From sequence record DRR378314_2501: a stretch of 60,508 nt of DNA. One strand, given 5' to 3'. Numbering within the stretch: position 1 is the stretch's first letter; each line of letters begins with the position of its first letter. The position numbers were made by a program, and so were the translations under genes. The notes under the pieces are model-generated. The model did not search any database and was not told the origin of the DNA. It saw nothing but the letters and a program-made list of their open reading frames with translations. Of this stretch, positions 38,419 through 48,142 are shown one piece after another.

Positions 38419-38595
38419 GAATACGCCCTCCCATATAATTCCACTTTAGTTGAGCAGAGTTTATACTACCCCTGTCACTGTGCCAATGGTCACGGGCCAG
38501 GCCTCCATCGAAACAGAGCGATTACACGCATATAAATAGGCAGGATTGCGTTTCCATCAAAATTGCATCCAAACCATCAGACTTTAAGGACGATC

Positions 38596-39438
38596 ATGAA
38601 GGTCATTCCCGCCATTATCATAGCTGTCGGCCTCATCGGCGCCTCCGCCCTTTGGTTTGGACTATCCTACCTGTTCAATGAGCAGGGATATGGAAGCGGC
38701 GCGGTGGATTCAGAGGCCCGGATCGACATCGAGCTCCTGCGTCAACAGCTGGAAGATACACAGGTAAAACTGGATGACCTGCAAACGGCACTCGGCGCAC
38801 TCTCGACGCGGAACACGCCGGTTGCCCCATCGCCGAACCTTCAGGACGAAGAAGACAGCCTACTGCGCCAGACTGGTCCGAATGCTATTTTGGACTCCTA
38901 TGCGCAGGTGGTTCTGATTGCCGATCGGAGGAACGTGAATGATGGACTGAAAGTCGCAGGTGGAACCTATCTTTCGGAGAAGCTCGGCCGGCCACGCGAC
39001 AATCTGACAGATGATTGCCAGCCGATGACAAACCAGAGACTGAAGGACAAGCTGGTTCTCGAACAAGTTGGTCCCATTCGGGTGCGTATGCTTACGCCTG
39101 CAGTCGAGAGTTTGAAAGTGGTGTTCGCAAACATCCAAAAAGCGGATCCGGACCTCTACGAGCGGATCAACACGGCCGGATCCCTCTGTGTGCGCCGCAT
39201 CCGGGGCACACAGAACTCACTTTCGACTCACAGCTATGGCCTCGCCGTAGATCTGAACATCGATGGTCGCCTGGACACCCTGGGGGATGGAAAAACTCAA
39301 CTTGGCCTGACGATACTCGCCGACTTTTTCAAAGACGAAGGTTGGGTCTGGGGCGCAGGCTTCGGGCGCGAGGATAGCATGCATTTCGAGATCAGCCGAC
39401 GGCAACTGGATTTGTGGTTGGCCGAGGGACTGCTCTGA
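38596..39438 (+). CDS. Membrane-anchored M15-family zinc peptidase (peptidoglycan endopeptidase/carboxypeptidase, TagX-like)
   Basis: N-terminal TM and coiled coil; R.IRG....STHSYGLAVDLN (SxHxxGxAxD), W.WG..F...DSMHFE. Confidence 0.85.
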   Translation: MKVIPAIIIAVGLIGASALWFGLSYLFNEQGYGSGAVDSEARIDIELLRQQLEDTQVKLDDLQTALGALSTRNTPVAPSPNLQDEEDSLLRQTGPNAILDSYAQVVLIADRRNVNDGLKVAGGTYLSEKLGRPRDNLTDDCQPMTNQRLKDKLVLEQVGPIRVRMLTPAVESLKVVFANIQKADPDLYERINTAGSLCVRRIRGTQNSLSTHSYGLAVDLNIDGRLDTLGDGKTQLGLTILADFFKDEGWVWGAGFGREDSMHFEISRRQLDLWLAEGLL

Positions 39439-39445
39439 AATTCCC

Positions 39446-40984
39446 TCAGCTATCCTCAATTCCATAAGCCCGGCGGATACCACGTTGCGTTCCTGGACCA
39501 AAATCTCCATCGATCGCACCGGTGTAGAATTCGTTGTCCCTCAGCCGCGCCTGCAAGGCACGTCTGGTCTCGGAGGTGAACATCGTGGGGCGCTCGCTCA
39601 ATAGGTTAAGCACATCCTGACTGCCGGATCGCAGTGCCTCATATAGGTATTTCGCCGCATCTTCCGGCCCCTTCGATGCAATGTGTCCGTCATCTATCAA
39701 CGCAGCAAAGTTGAACTGCGCCTGTGGATGGCGCAAATCCGCAGCGCGTTCAAAATATCGCAGTGCCTTGCCTGGGTCGGCGGGCAACCCCAGTCCCCCT
39801 TGGTAGTAGAGGAACCCGAGATCGTTGATGGCATCAGCGAAATTTTGTTCTGCCGCAGCGCGATACAGTTCCAAAGCCCTCTCTTCGCTCTGCTCGACAC
39901 CGGTGCCGCGTTCATAAAGTTTTGCCAACTCGAACTGCGCTTCAGGTGATCCAGCCTCTGCCGCTCGGGTCAAAAAGCTGACTGCGGCCTCAGGATCGAA
40001 CCGGCCTTCATTGGGATTAAGGCGCATATAGGCCAAGCCCAACATGGACCTGGTATCACCGAGATCTGCCAGCGCCAGAAGCTGATCCTCCTGATCTGGG
40101 CGAAGGTTGGCCCAGGCCTTGGCTGCATCACTTGCGTCTAACGACTTGTCACCGTCACCTGGTCCGGCGAGATAGAACGGAATACCAGTCAGAGAACCAT
40201 AAGTATGCGGTTCCTGCAGATTTGCCGTACGCTCCAGCACCCCATCGCGCACCTGCCGGAACATCAGGCTGATTTCGAGTCCGGGTTGGGTCATCTTGTC
40301 CATCAGGGCCAAGGCGAACGGGCTGTTGTCGCCACTGCCGTCAAGCGCGACTTGGCCGTCTTTGGCTGCAAAGGCCACCAGTGTACCACGGTCCGGATTT
40401 GCGGCCGCAAGCCCGCCGCCACCGCGTGTCGTTTCGCTAGAGGGGCTGGTTTCGCTGGTTTGTTCACTTGCGAGCGTGATTGCATCTCCCAATGGGTTGT
40501 CGCGACAGCTGTCGAGTATGACGATGCGCATTTTGCGCGCCCGGTCCACGGCTGAAAGAAACTTCTTAAGAGACGGCGACTGATCCTGCACGTCCTTGTT
40601 CGATGCAACATTTGCATCAACCGGGATCATGAAGTTTTCGCCCTGAACCTCGATCCCGTGTCCTGCGTAATAAATCAACGCAAGATCAGCCACTTCCGAT
40701 TTGAAGGCGAATTCGTCGAGCAAGCGATCCATTTCTGCCCCGCTCGCATCAACTGACAAGGTTACGTCGAAGCCAATTTCCTCAAGCGTATTCGAAATCG
40801 CGACAGCATCGTTTCGCGTGTTGGTCAACGATGGCAGGTTGCGGTAATCTGCCATACCAAACACAAGCGCTATCCGGTCACTGGCAGCGCTCACAGGGCG
40901 TATACCGCCCAATGCACTGAAACAAATGAAGGTCAGGGTGAGCAGAAGTAGTACTCTGCACGTGATCACAGACAAGTTAAGCAT
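39446..40984 (-). CDS. Caspase-family protein with SEL1-like repeats and a C-terminal peptidoglycan-binding domain
   Basis: Signal peptide; IYYAGHG, ILDSCRDNP; AQFELAKLYE.G.GV, AINDLG.LY.QG; Q..L....FY.G.IDG.FGPGT. Confidence 0.9.
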   Translation of the reverse strand: MLNLSVITCRVLLLLTLTFICFSALGGIRPVSAASDRIALVFGMADYRNLPSLTNTRNDAVAISNTLEEIGFDVTLSVDASGAEMDRLLDEFAFKSEVADLALIYYAGHGIEVQGENFMIPVDANVASNKDVQDQSPSLKKFLSAVDRARKMRIVILDSCRDNPLGDAITLASEQTSETSPSSETTRGGGGLAAANPDRGTLVAFAAKDGQVALDGSGDNSPFALALMDKMTQPGLEISLMFRQVRDGVLERTANLQEPHTYGSLTGIPFYLAGPGDGDKSLDASDAAKAWANLRPDQEDQLLALADLGDTRSMLGLAYMRLNPNEGRFDPEAAVSFLTRAAEAGSPEAQFELAKLYERGTGVEQSEERALELYRAAAEQNFADAINDLGFLYYQGGLGLPADPGKALRYFERAADLRHPQAQFNFAALIDDGHIASKGPEDAAKYLYEALRSGSQDVLNLLSERPTMFTSETRRALQARLRDNEFYTGAIDGDFGPGTQRGIRRAYGIEDS

Positions 40985-41140
40985 GGCAAAGCCCTTGAGC
41001 GAAGGGAAATCAATTGCCGAGAACTCTACTCGCTATCGGGCGCTTTGCGAAGTGCCCATGGTGGCATCATCACATGCACGAGAGGTTCCGGTGCATTCAG
41101 CAGGTACCGGAACCTCTGAGTGTGTCGTGCACAGGCGGGC

Positions 41141-41704
41141 TCAGAACAGAGTAACGTTGTCCGCAGCTGCAGGTTTGCGGACAGGTGCAGATTGAGTTCG
41201 TGCCACGGCCGCGCGCTCCTCTTCACCAAGGCGACGATCATCTGCAACATGTGTTTGCTGTGCAGCCCCGGAGTAAGCGTGAAACCGGACACGTCGAGCG
41301 GACGTGCCGCCAACCGAAGATGAGATCACGGGAATACCCTCATCGCGAAGGAAGCGCTGCACGAAATCAGCATTGTTTGCACCGATGTCAGAGAGATTCG
41401 CCGACATCTTTGCACCTCCAAAAACTTTGGCCTTCAAGTTGGAGCGCTGCGCACCTTTTTTCATGATGCCGTTGATCAACAGCTCCATTGCGTGGACCCC
41501 GTAGCGGGCGCTGACACCGCCACCACCGGAAGACGAAGCGAGCAAGAAATGGTTCATGCCACCAACCCCAACTTTTTCGTCATAGATGCAGGCCGCAATA
41601 CAGGAGCCCAGCACTGTCGAAAAAACGACTTTGGGATCCGTTGTCACCTTGTAGTCACCTTGTAGAACGGTGACCGTACTCGTATTTTGAAAAACAGTCG
41701 ACAA
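41141..41704 (-). CDS. cheD: Chemoreceptor glutamine deamidase CheD
   Basis: TVLGSCIAAC.YD, GGMNHFLL, YGVHAMELLIN, AKVFGGA; TTG start at 41704 after GGAAGG. Confidence 0.93.
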   Translation of the reverse strand: MSTVFQNTSTVTVLQGDYKVTTDPKVVFSTVLGSCIAACIYDEKVGVGGMNHFLLASSSGGGGVSARYGVHAMELLINGIMKKGAQRSNLKAKVFGGAKMSANLSDIGANNADFVQRFLRDEGIPVISSSVGGTSARRVRFHAYSGAAQQTHVADDRRLGEEERAAVARTQSAPVRKPAAADNVTLF

Positions 41705-41730
41705 AGCGGCTTCCTTCCAGATCTCTAGGC

Positions 41731-42744
41731 TCAGGTCTTGCAAGCTTGCAAGATTGCACCGGCCATTCGGGCCAGAGGCACTTGTTTTTGGGCGGCTCCG
41801 GTTTCCCAAGCCACCCTGGGCATACCGTAGACGACGGCGGTTTTTTCATCTTGGGCAAAGGTTGTTGCGCCGGCCTTGCGCAATTCCAACATGCCCTTGG
41901 CCCCATCCTGCCCCATTCCGGTTAAAATTGCGGCAACAACATCCTGCGCAAACGGAACTGCCGACGAAAATAATGCATCAACGGACGGTGTGTGACCGGA
42001 GATGTTCGGGCCTTCCTTCATTCGCAGGCGATAGGGTTTGCGCGGCGTCACCCCCATGTGGCGAGGTTGACCGGCTGCAACGTAGACGTGACCACTTTGC
42101 AATGTGATGTTGTCATCTGCCGCAACGACCTTTGCTGGACAGATCCGATCCAACAGTGAGACCAGTCCCGAACCGAAGCTCTTTCCAGTATGCTGCACAA
42201 TCAGGGTTGGTGGACATTGTATCGGAAAGCCGACGAGGACGTTCCGCAGCGCCTCGACGCCACCGGTTGAAGATCCGATGAGAATGATTTTCTTAAAGTT
42301 CCCCCGAGCAACCGCAGCCTTTCCGGTCGTGACTGGTGGCGCGTTGCGACGCGGTGCTTTGATCATCATGTCAAAGTATTGGATGAACTGGCGAGGGCTG
42401 TCGGATTTCGTCAGCTCGAAGATACCTGCACCGACATTCAACAATGGAGACGAGCGCCGGGCCGGAGTCGAGTTTTTGTCGTCCATTACGGATACCCAAC
42501 GCACGTCCAGCGCGGAGAACAAGGCGAGCATCATTTCGAATTCAGGCAGTTTAGTAAACCCGTCTTCGACGAAGGCAAAGCTGGGCTGACCCGCCTCTGA
42601 TTGGTTGTAGGCCATCATCAAGTTGTTGGCCAACAACACCTGCAGGCCTGGGTAGGCCGCCTCCATCTGGCTCTGCAGAGTCCGGGCAAAGTTTCGATCA
42701 GTAGTTACAATCAACACGCTTAAGGAAGACAATGGCTTACCCAC
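41731..42744 (-). CDS. cheB: Chemotaxis methylesterase CheB with a degenerate receiver-like N-terminus
   Basis: IGSSTGG, IVQH, PSVDALF.S, ILTGMG.DGA.G, AQDE.T.VVYGMP. Confidence 0.92.
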   Translation of the reverse strand: MGKPLSSLSVLIVTTDRNFARTLQSQMEAAYPGLQVLLANNLMMAYNQSEAGQPSFAFVEDGFTKLPEFEMMLALFSALDVRWVSVMDDKNSTPARRSSPLLNVGAGIFELTKSDSPRQFIQYFDMMIKAPRRNAPPVTTGKAAVARGNFKKIILIGSSTGGVEALRNVLVGFPIQCPPTLIVQHTGKSFGSGLVSLLDRICPAKVVAADDNITLQSGHVYVAAGQPRHMGVTPRKPYRLRMKEGPNISGHTPSVDALFSSAVPFAQDVVAAILTGMGQDGAKGMLELRKAGATTFAQDEKTAVVYGMPRVAWETGAAQKQVPLARMAGAILQACKT

Positions 42745-43590
42745 TTGTTTACCCCGGAGCCCCGGGAATTCCTGTTCAACAAGACAACATCCGCCTCGTC
42801 AGCTCATATAATTTTTTGCCGGAGTTCGCTCCGAATGCAGCCACATAGTGTGCCGACGAACTCGGACCTCACCCTTCAATCGCTCCCCACGCACCGCCCC
42901 AGTTCACCGCGTTTGCGTTCAGATGAGAGGCCAAAGTTAGACATCTCATACAGACTCCGCCTTTGGGATGCGGATGCATGTGCGTGATTATTTTGCTCCG
43001 CACCTCAGCAACAGATTTGCAGATGCGATCATACAGTATGAAGTTCTCGGCATGCGATACTGCCATCCTTCTCTGAGAATCACTTGCTACGGCGCCCGCT
43101 CCGATCCGCGTGGGCCTTCTCATGGGAACGTCCTAGTGAAACTTGCGCGAAAAGCCTGACCGTTTGCTCTGCTCACGCGAAGAATGCGTGTCAGGAGCGT
43201 AAAACTCACAGTGGAAACCGTGTGTCCTAGGCGAATCTTAAATCGCTGCGACGCGTTCATATCTTGCTCCGGAGATTCGCGCACGAGATGATGCGCATGT
43301 GCTTTGGGCTATATCTCCGCCATTAGGGGTTAATTTGCGCCTTACACGGGCAAATTCGATCTCGATATATCCGGTTGGCCGGCTTTTCTGACCCTGCAGC
43401 CTAAGTGGCTAGCCCTTGGTGAGCGCTGCAATGGTTGATGCTTGTGATACCGGACCAGAGTTCGGTCGAACTGTCTGAGCAGTTCGGAATTTCTGCAGAA
43501 TGGCGGAAATCAAATGTTAAGGCCCTGAAGCTAAGACTGCTTCCATCGAACTGAAATTTGTCGCCGCAAACGGGGGTGCGAATCGCGAAA

Positions 43591-43878
43591 ATGTCCACCG
43601 AAACGCAAAAGCATACATTGGACTTGCCCAATGCCTTCGCGGATCTAGACCCATTGATCGCCTTCTTCAACGCGTCCCGAGACACGGCTGTTGAGGTTGA
43701 TTGCAGCAATGTCGCCGTGATGCCGTCGCGCTGCCTGCAGCTGCTTCTGGGGGCAGAACAACAATGGCGCTCCGAGGGCATGGGTTTCTCGGTCACTAAT
43801 ATCAACGAGGGGTGCAGAAAGTCCCTTACTCTTCTGGGCCTGGAACCCAATCGATTTGAAGACGAGGAAACAGTATGA
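43591..43878 (+). CDS. Small STAS-domain chemotaxis protein (CheS-like)
   Basis: VEVDCSNV......CLQLLL.A...W; first gene of the che operon, overlaps cheY. Confidence 0.75.
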   Translation: MSTETQKHTLDLPNAFADLDPLIAFFNASRDTAVEVDCSNVAVMPSRCLQLLLGAEQQWRSEGMGFSVTNINEGCRKSLTLLGLEPNRFEDEETV

Positions 43879-44249
43879 AAACCAAAGTTCTGGCAATCGA
43901 CGACTCCCGAACCATTCGCAACCTTCTGGCGGCGACGCTTGAAGAAGCAGGTTTCGAGTATCATTGCGCCGTTGATGGACGTGAGGGTGTCGATATGTAT
44001 GATAACGTCGCTCCAGACGTTGTCATCACAGACATCAACATGCCCAATCTCGACGGCTTTGGTGTAATCGAAGAGCTGCGCGGGAACGGGATTAACTCCA
44101 AGGTTCCGATCCTCGTTCTGACCACTGAAAGCGCGCCAGAGATGAAGGCCCGCGCACGAGATGCTGGTGCAACCGGCTGGATCACCAAGCCGTTTGACGA
44201 TCAATCCCTGATTTTTGCGCTGAAGCGTGTAACCGGAGCGGTCGCGTAA
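43875..44249 (+). CDS. cheY: Chemotaxis response regulator CheY
   Basis: LAIDDSRTIR, ITDINMP.LDG, LTTES, GW..KPF. Confidence 0.93.
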   Translation: MKTKVLAIDDSRTIRNLLAATLEEAGFEYHCAVDGREGVDMYDNVAPDVVITDINMPNLDGFGVIEELRGNGINSKVPILVLTTESAPEMKARARDAGATGWITKPFDDQSLIFALKRVTGAVA

Positions 44250-44250
44250 A

Positions 44251-46383
44251 ATGTCGGGGTCGATTCAAGATACATTCTTCGAGGAGTGCGAAGAACTTCT
44301 CGAAGCAATGGATGAGGGTCTGACCGCTATCGAAGGAGGCGATCACGATCCCGAGGTGGTCAATGCAGTATTCCGCGCAGTTCACTCGATCAAGGGTGGT
44401 GCCGGAGCATTTGGCCTGGATGAACTGGTCGCGTTTGCGCACAAGTTCGAAACAGTCTTTGATGAAGTTCGGTCCAACAAGATTCAACTGGACACGAAAC
44501 TCATCCAACTCCTCCTACGGTGCAGTGATCATCTTGCCGATTTGGTCAGCGTATCTCGCGATGGCGGCAGTGTGGATGAAGAACATAACGATGTGCTGGT
44601 TTCCGGCCTCGAAGAGTACCTCGGCGAAGAAGAAGAAGAGTTGACCTTCGAGCCAATGGGCCTGGGGGGACCCTCCGTTCCTCTGCCATTGGATATCGAG
44701 GAGGAAAAGACCTACGAAATCCGTTTCCAGCCTCTCAAAGAGATGTTTGGAACGGGAAATGAACCTTTTTTCTTATTCCAGGCGCTTTCCGAGCTGGGAC
44801 CCCTGACGGTAAAGCTCGATGAAACCGAACTCCCTGGTTTCGACGCCATGGCGATGGATGACAGCTATCTTGCATGGGACCTGACACTGACGACGAAAGA
44901 GCCGAAGTCAGCGGTAGAATCCGTCTTCGAATTTGTCGAAGGCCTATGCGAGCTTTCCATCGTGTCCGACAAGGACTCTGAAGACGAAGCCGCTGCCCTG
45001 GCTGCACTCAACGCCGCATTTGGCGTGCCCGGGGAAAGTGCCGAGCCCGAGCCGTCGGACCCTTTTGAAGCGCCGGCACCTGCAGAGGCAACTCCCATGG
45101 CGATACCAGAAACGACAAACGTCGAAGCCGTTAAGCCAGAGAGCAACAAGTCAGAACAACGCGGACCAAAGCCGACCTTGCGTGTTGATCTGGAGCGGGT
45201 GGACCGGCTGATCAATGCGGTCGGCGAACTTATCATCAACCATTCCATGTTGGCGCAACAGATTGCCAATCTGGACGTGGCTGACCTGCGGGATGTGGAA
45301 ACTGAACTGGAGGGCTTCAAAAATCTGGCCCGTGATATTCAGGAAGGGGTAATGTCCATTCGTGCGCAACCGGTCAAGCCATTGTTCCAACGGATGGCCC
45401 GGATCGTACGCGAAGCTTCAGCTGCAACGGAAAAAACAGCGAAGCTTGTCACCGAAGGTGAGAACACCGAGGTCGACAAGACTGTCATCGAACGATTGTC
45501 AGACCCACTGACCCATATCTTGCGCAACGCAGTGGATCATGGCGTCGAAAAACCGGAAGATCGCGAAGCGGCAGGAAAGAGCCGCGCAGGTGAAATACGC
45601 CTGTCTGCGTCACATCGATCCGGCAGCGTCTGTATCGAGATCAAAGATGATGGCGCGGGTGTGAACCGACCGCGTGTCAAACAGATCGCCATCGATAAAG
45701 GTCTGATCCCTGAAAATGCTGATCTCACCGACGCCGAGATCGACAACCTTTTGTTCTTGCCAGGCTTTTCGACAGCCAAAGAGATCTCAAACCTCTCCGG
45801 TCGTGGTGTTGGCATGGACGTTGTCAAAAATGCAGTCACGGCTCTCGGTGGGAGAATTAACATCTCCTCTACCCCCGGAAAGGGTTCAACCTTCACCATT
45901 ATCCTACCTCTGACACTGGCGGTGATGGATGGAATGGTAGTCTCCGTTGCGGACCAAACAATGGTGGTACCGATCACCTCGATCATCGAAACTATGCGCG
46001 GTAGCGATGATATGATCAACAGTTTGGGGGCTGATGGGACCCTGTTGTCCATTCGCGGCAACTTCGTTCCGATCTGCGATGTCGCCGGTGCGCTAGGCCT
46101 TCGAAAACCCGAAGGCGACAAGCCGCCCGGGGTGTATCTTTTGGTTGAGACGGAAACGGGCCAGCGCAGTGCCCTCGCCGTCGACGATATTCACGATCAA
46201 CGGCAGGTCGTGATCAAGAGCCTCGATGGCGTCTGCGGAAACATTCCAGGCGTCGCGGCGGCCACAATCCTCGGAGATGGTAAAATCGCCATGATCTTGG
46301 ACTCGGAAAGCATAATCGCGGCCTCCCCTTCCTCGGCCACCTTTGATTCAGAGCGGAGAATGAGCAATGCAATCGCAAGCTGA
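44251..46383 (+). CDS. cheA: Chemotaxis histidine kinase CheA
   Basis: FRAVHSIKGGAG, LRVDLERVD.L.N.VGEL, H..RNAVDHG, LSGRGVGMDVV, LPLTLA, C-terminal CheW domain. Confidence 0.97.
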   Translation: MSGSIQDTFFEECEELLEAMDEGLTAIEGGDHDPEVVNAVFRAVHSIKGGAGAFGLDELVAFAHKFETVFDEVRSNKIQLDTKLIQLLLRCSDHLADLVSVSRDGGSVDEEHNDVLVSGLEEYLGEEEEELTFEPMGLGGPSVPLPLDIEEEKTYEIRFQPLKEMFGTGNEPFFLFQALSELGPLTVKLDETELPGFDAMAMDDSYLAWDLTLTTKEPKSAVESVFEFVEGLCELSIVSDKDSEDEAAALAALNAAFGVPGESAEPEPSDPFEAPAPAEATPMAIPETTNVEAVKPESNKSEQRGPKPTLRVDLERVDRLINAVGELIINHSMLAQQIANLDVADLRDVETELEGFKNLARDIQEGVMSIRAQPVKPLFQRMARIVREASAATEKTAKLVTEGENTEVDKTVIERLSDPLTHILRNAVDHGVEKPEDREAAGKSRAGEIRLSASHRSGSVCIEIKDDGAGVNRPRVKQIAIDKGLIPENADLTDAEIDNLLFLPGFSTAKEISNLSGRGVGMDVVKNAVTALGGRINISSTPGKGSTFTIILPLTLAVMDGMVVSVADQTMVVPITSIIETMRGSDDMINSLGADGTLLSIRGNFVPICDVAGALGLRKPEGDKPPGVYLLVETETGQRSALAVDDIHDQRQVVIKSLDGVCGNIPGVAAATILGDGKIAMILDSESIIAASPSSATFDSERRMSNAIAS

Positions 46384-46855
46384 AGTACAAATTGGCGACC
46401 AGGAGATCAAGCACGCTCAGCAGAGTGAGTTTGTCAGCTTCACAGTCGCGGGGCAGGCCTTCTGCCTGAAAATCACCCAAATTCGAGAGATCCGTCGGTG
46501 GGCTCCGGTCACGATACTGCCGCATGCGCCGATGGACGTCCTTGGCGTCATGAATCTACGCGGTGCGGTGATCCCCATCTATGATCTTGCGGCCCGTTTC
46601 GGCCTGCAGCAAACTGAAGCAAGCGAACGCAATGTGGTGATCGTGGTTGCCGTTCACGGGAAGCCGGTTGGGCTTCTGGCTGAATCGGTCTCCGAGATTA
46701 TCTCGATCAATCCTGAGGAGATCCAGGAAACGCCACCCGTCGATAGTCGCCACACCATGGAGTATATTCAAGGGATCATTTCCCATGACGACACCATGGT
46801 GCGGATCATCAACCTCGACGCCGTTATTTCTGCACCGGAGCAAGGTCTGTCGTGA
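46367..46855 (+). CDS. cheW: Chemotaxis coupling protein CheW
   Basis: IREIR....VT.LPHAP..VLGVMNLRG.VIPI.DL. Confidence 0.95.
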   Translation: MQSQAEVQIGDQEIKHAQQSEFVSFTVAGQAFCLKITQIREIRRWAPVTILPHAPMDVLGVMNLRGAVIPIYDLAARFGLQQTEASERNVVIVVAVHGKPVGLLAESVSEIISINPEEIQETPPVDSRHTMEYIQGIISHDDTMVRIINLDAVISAPEQGLS

Positions 46856-47709
46856 GTGTCGCTGGTCCAATCGAATCCGTTGACGGTGGAATCGTCCTGT
46901 CAGATCAGGATTTCGAGGCCATTGCTCAATTCGCGTATAAACACTTTGGCCTGGCTATGTCTCCAAGCAAAAAGCCACTGGTGTCGTCACGCTTGTCGCG
47001 CAAACTGCGAAAGCAGAACATAACTGCGTTCAAAGAGTATCTGAAACGCTTGGACGGTCCAAATGCCGACCATGAACGCAGTGAACTTCTGTCGCTGCTA
47101 ACCACAAACGTGACACAGTTCTTTCGAGAGCCGCATCATTTCGAAACGTTGCGAAAAGATGTACTCCCTCCTCTGATTGAGCGCGCGAAGAAAGGTGGAC
47201 GGGTTCGGATTTGGTCGGCGGGATGCTCCATCGGGCAGGAACCCTACACGATTGCCGCAGTCCTGCACGATCTATGCCCGGACGCGGATCGGTATGATAT
47301 CAAGATCCTCGGAACTGATATCGACCCGGTTGTGGTGCGCACTGCGGAAGAGGCTCAATATCCGCTCGAGGACTTCGAGGGCATTCCTAAAAACTACAGG
47401 ATGCAACTGGAACCTGGAAGCAAACCGGAGACCGGACGTGTTCCGCTGCATTTGCGAAAGAAGGTTACATATGGCGTTCTGAATCTGATCCAGCCGTTTC
47501 CTTTCAAGGGGAAGTTCGATGCAATCTTCTGCCGGAACGTCGCGATCTACTTCGACAACCCAACGCAACAAAAGGTCTGGCAAGCCTTCCAGAGCACACT
47601 AAACCCAGGTGGGTACCTATTCATAGGTCACTCTGAACGCATGTCCGGCCCGGCAGCTCAATATATGAAGACGGTCGGCATCACCACATACGTCAATACC
47701 CCCGGCTAA
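46852..47709 (+). CDS. cheR: Chemotaxis methyltransferase CheR
   Basis: LTTNVT.FFRE.HHF, RIWSAGCS.GQEPY, FD.IFCRNV.IYF, GYLFIGHSE. Confidence 0.96.
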   Translation: MSVAGPIESVDGGIVLSDQDFEAIAQFAYKHFGLAMSPSKKPLVSSRLSRKLRKQNITAFKEYLKRLDGPNADHERSELLSLLTTNVTQFFREPHHFETLRKDVLPPLIERAKKGGRVRIWSAGCSIGQEPYTIAAVLHDLCPDADRYDIKILGTDIDPVVVRTAEEAQYPLEDFEGIPKNYRMQLEPGSKPETGRVPLHLRKKVTYGVLNLIQPFPFKGKFDAIFCRNVAIYFDNPTQQKVWQAFQSTLNPGGYLFIGHSERMSGPAAQYMKTVGITTYVNTPG

Positions 47710-47754
47710 ACACGCACTCACGGTTAGCCAAGACGAGAACACGAGGAAAAAACC

Positions 47755-48141
47755 ATGAGCTTGAAAGACTCTTTGCGCGTGATGGTTGTCGACGATATGT
47801 CGACCAGCCGAGGCATTCTTACCCAGTGTCTTGATGAACTCGGCGTCAAGAACTATCTCGTCGAAAACAACGGGCAGTCCGCATTCCAGAAACTTGCAAC
47901 CAATCCGGTTCACCTTGTTCTGTCGGACTACAACATGCCAGGCATGGACGGCCTTGGACTTTTGCAGGCGGTGCGCGGCAACGTATCGACGCAGCGTGTC
48001 GGTTTCATTCTGGTGACCGGGAAGCCGACACCAGAGATGATTGAGGTCGGCAAAAAGCTTGGTCTGAATAACATCATTCGCAAACCGTTCACGGTGGCGT
48101 CAATGCGCCAGGCCATAGAACAGGTGGTGGGGCGTTTGTAA
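47755..48141 (+). CDS. cheY: Second single-domain response regulator (CheY2-like)
   Basis: VMVVDD, VLSDYNMPGMDG, LVTG, KPF. Confidence 0.88.
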   Translation: MSLKDSLRVMVVDDMSTSRGILTQCLDELGVKNYLVENNGQSAFQKLATNPVHLVLSDYNMPGMDGLGLLQAVRGNVSTQRVGFILVTGKPTPEMIEVGKKLGLNNIIRKPFTVASMRQAIEQVVGRL

Positions 48142-48142
48142 G

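Noticed and set aside
41705-41809. Extended CheD N-terminus in the ORF track
   Set aside because: It overlaps the cheB 3' end; a TTG with an RBS at 41704 gives a normal-length CheD
43320-43545. Possible CtrA boxes upstream of the che operon
   Set aside because: Only TTAA half-sites; no exact TTAA-N7-TTAA found
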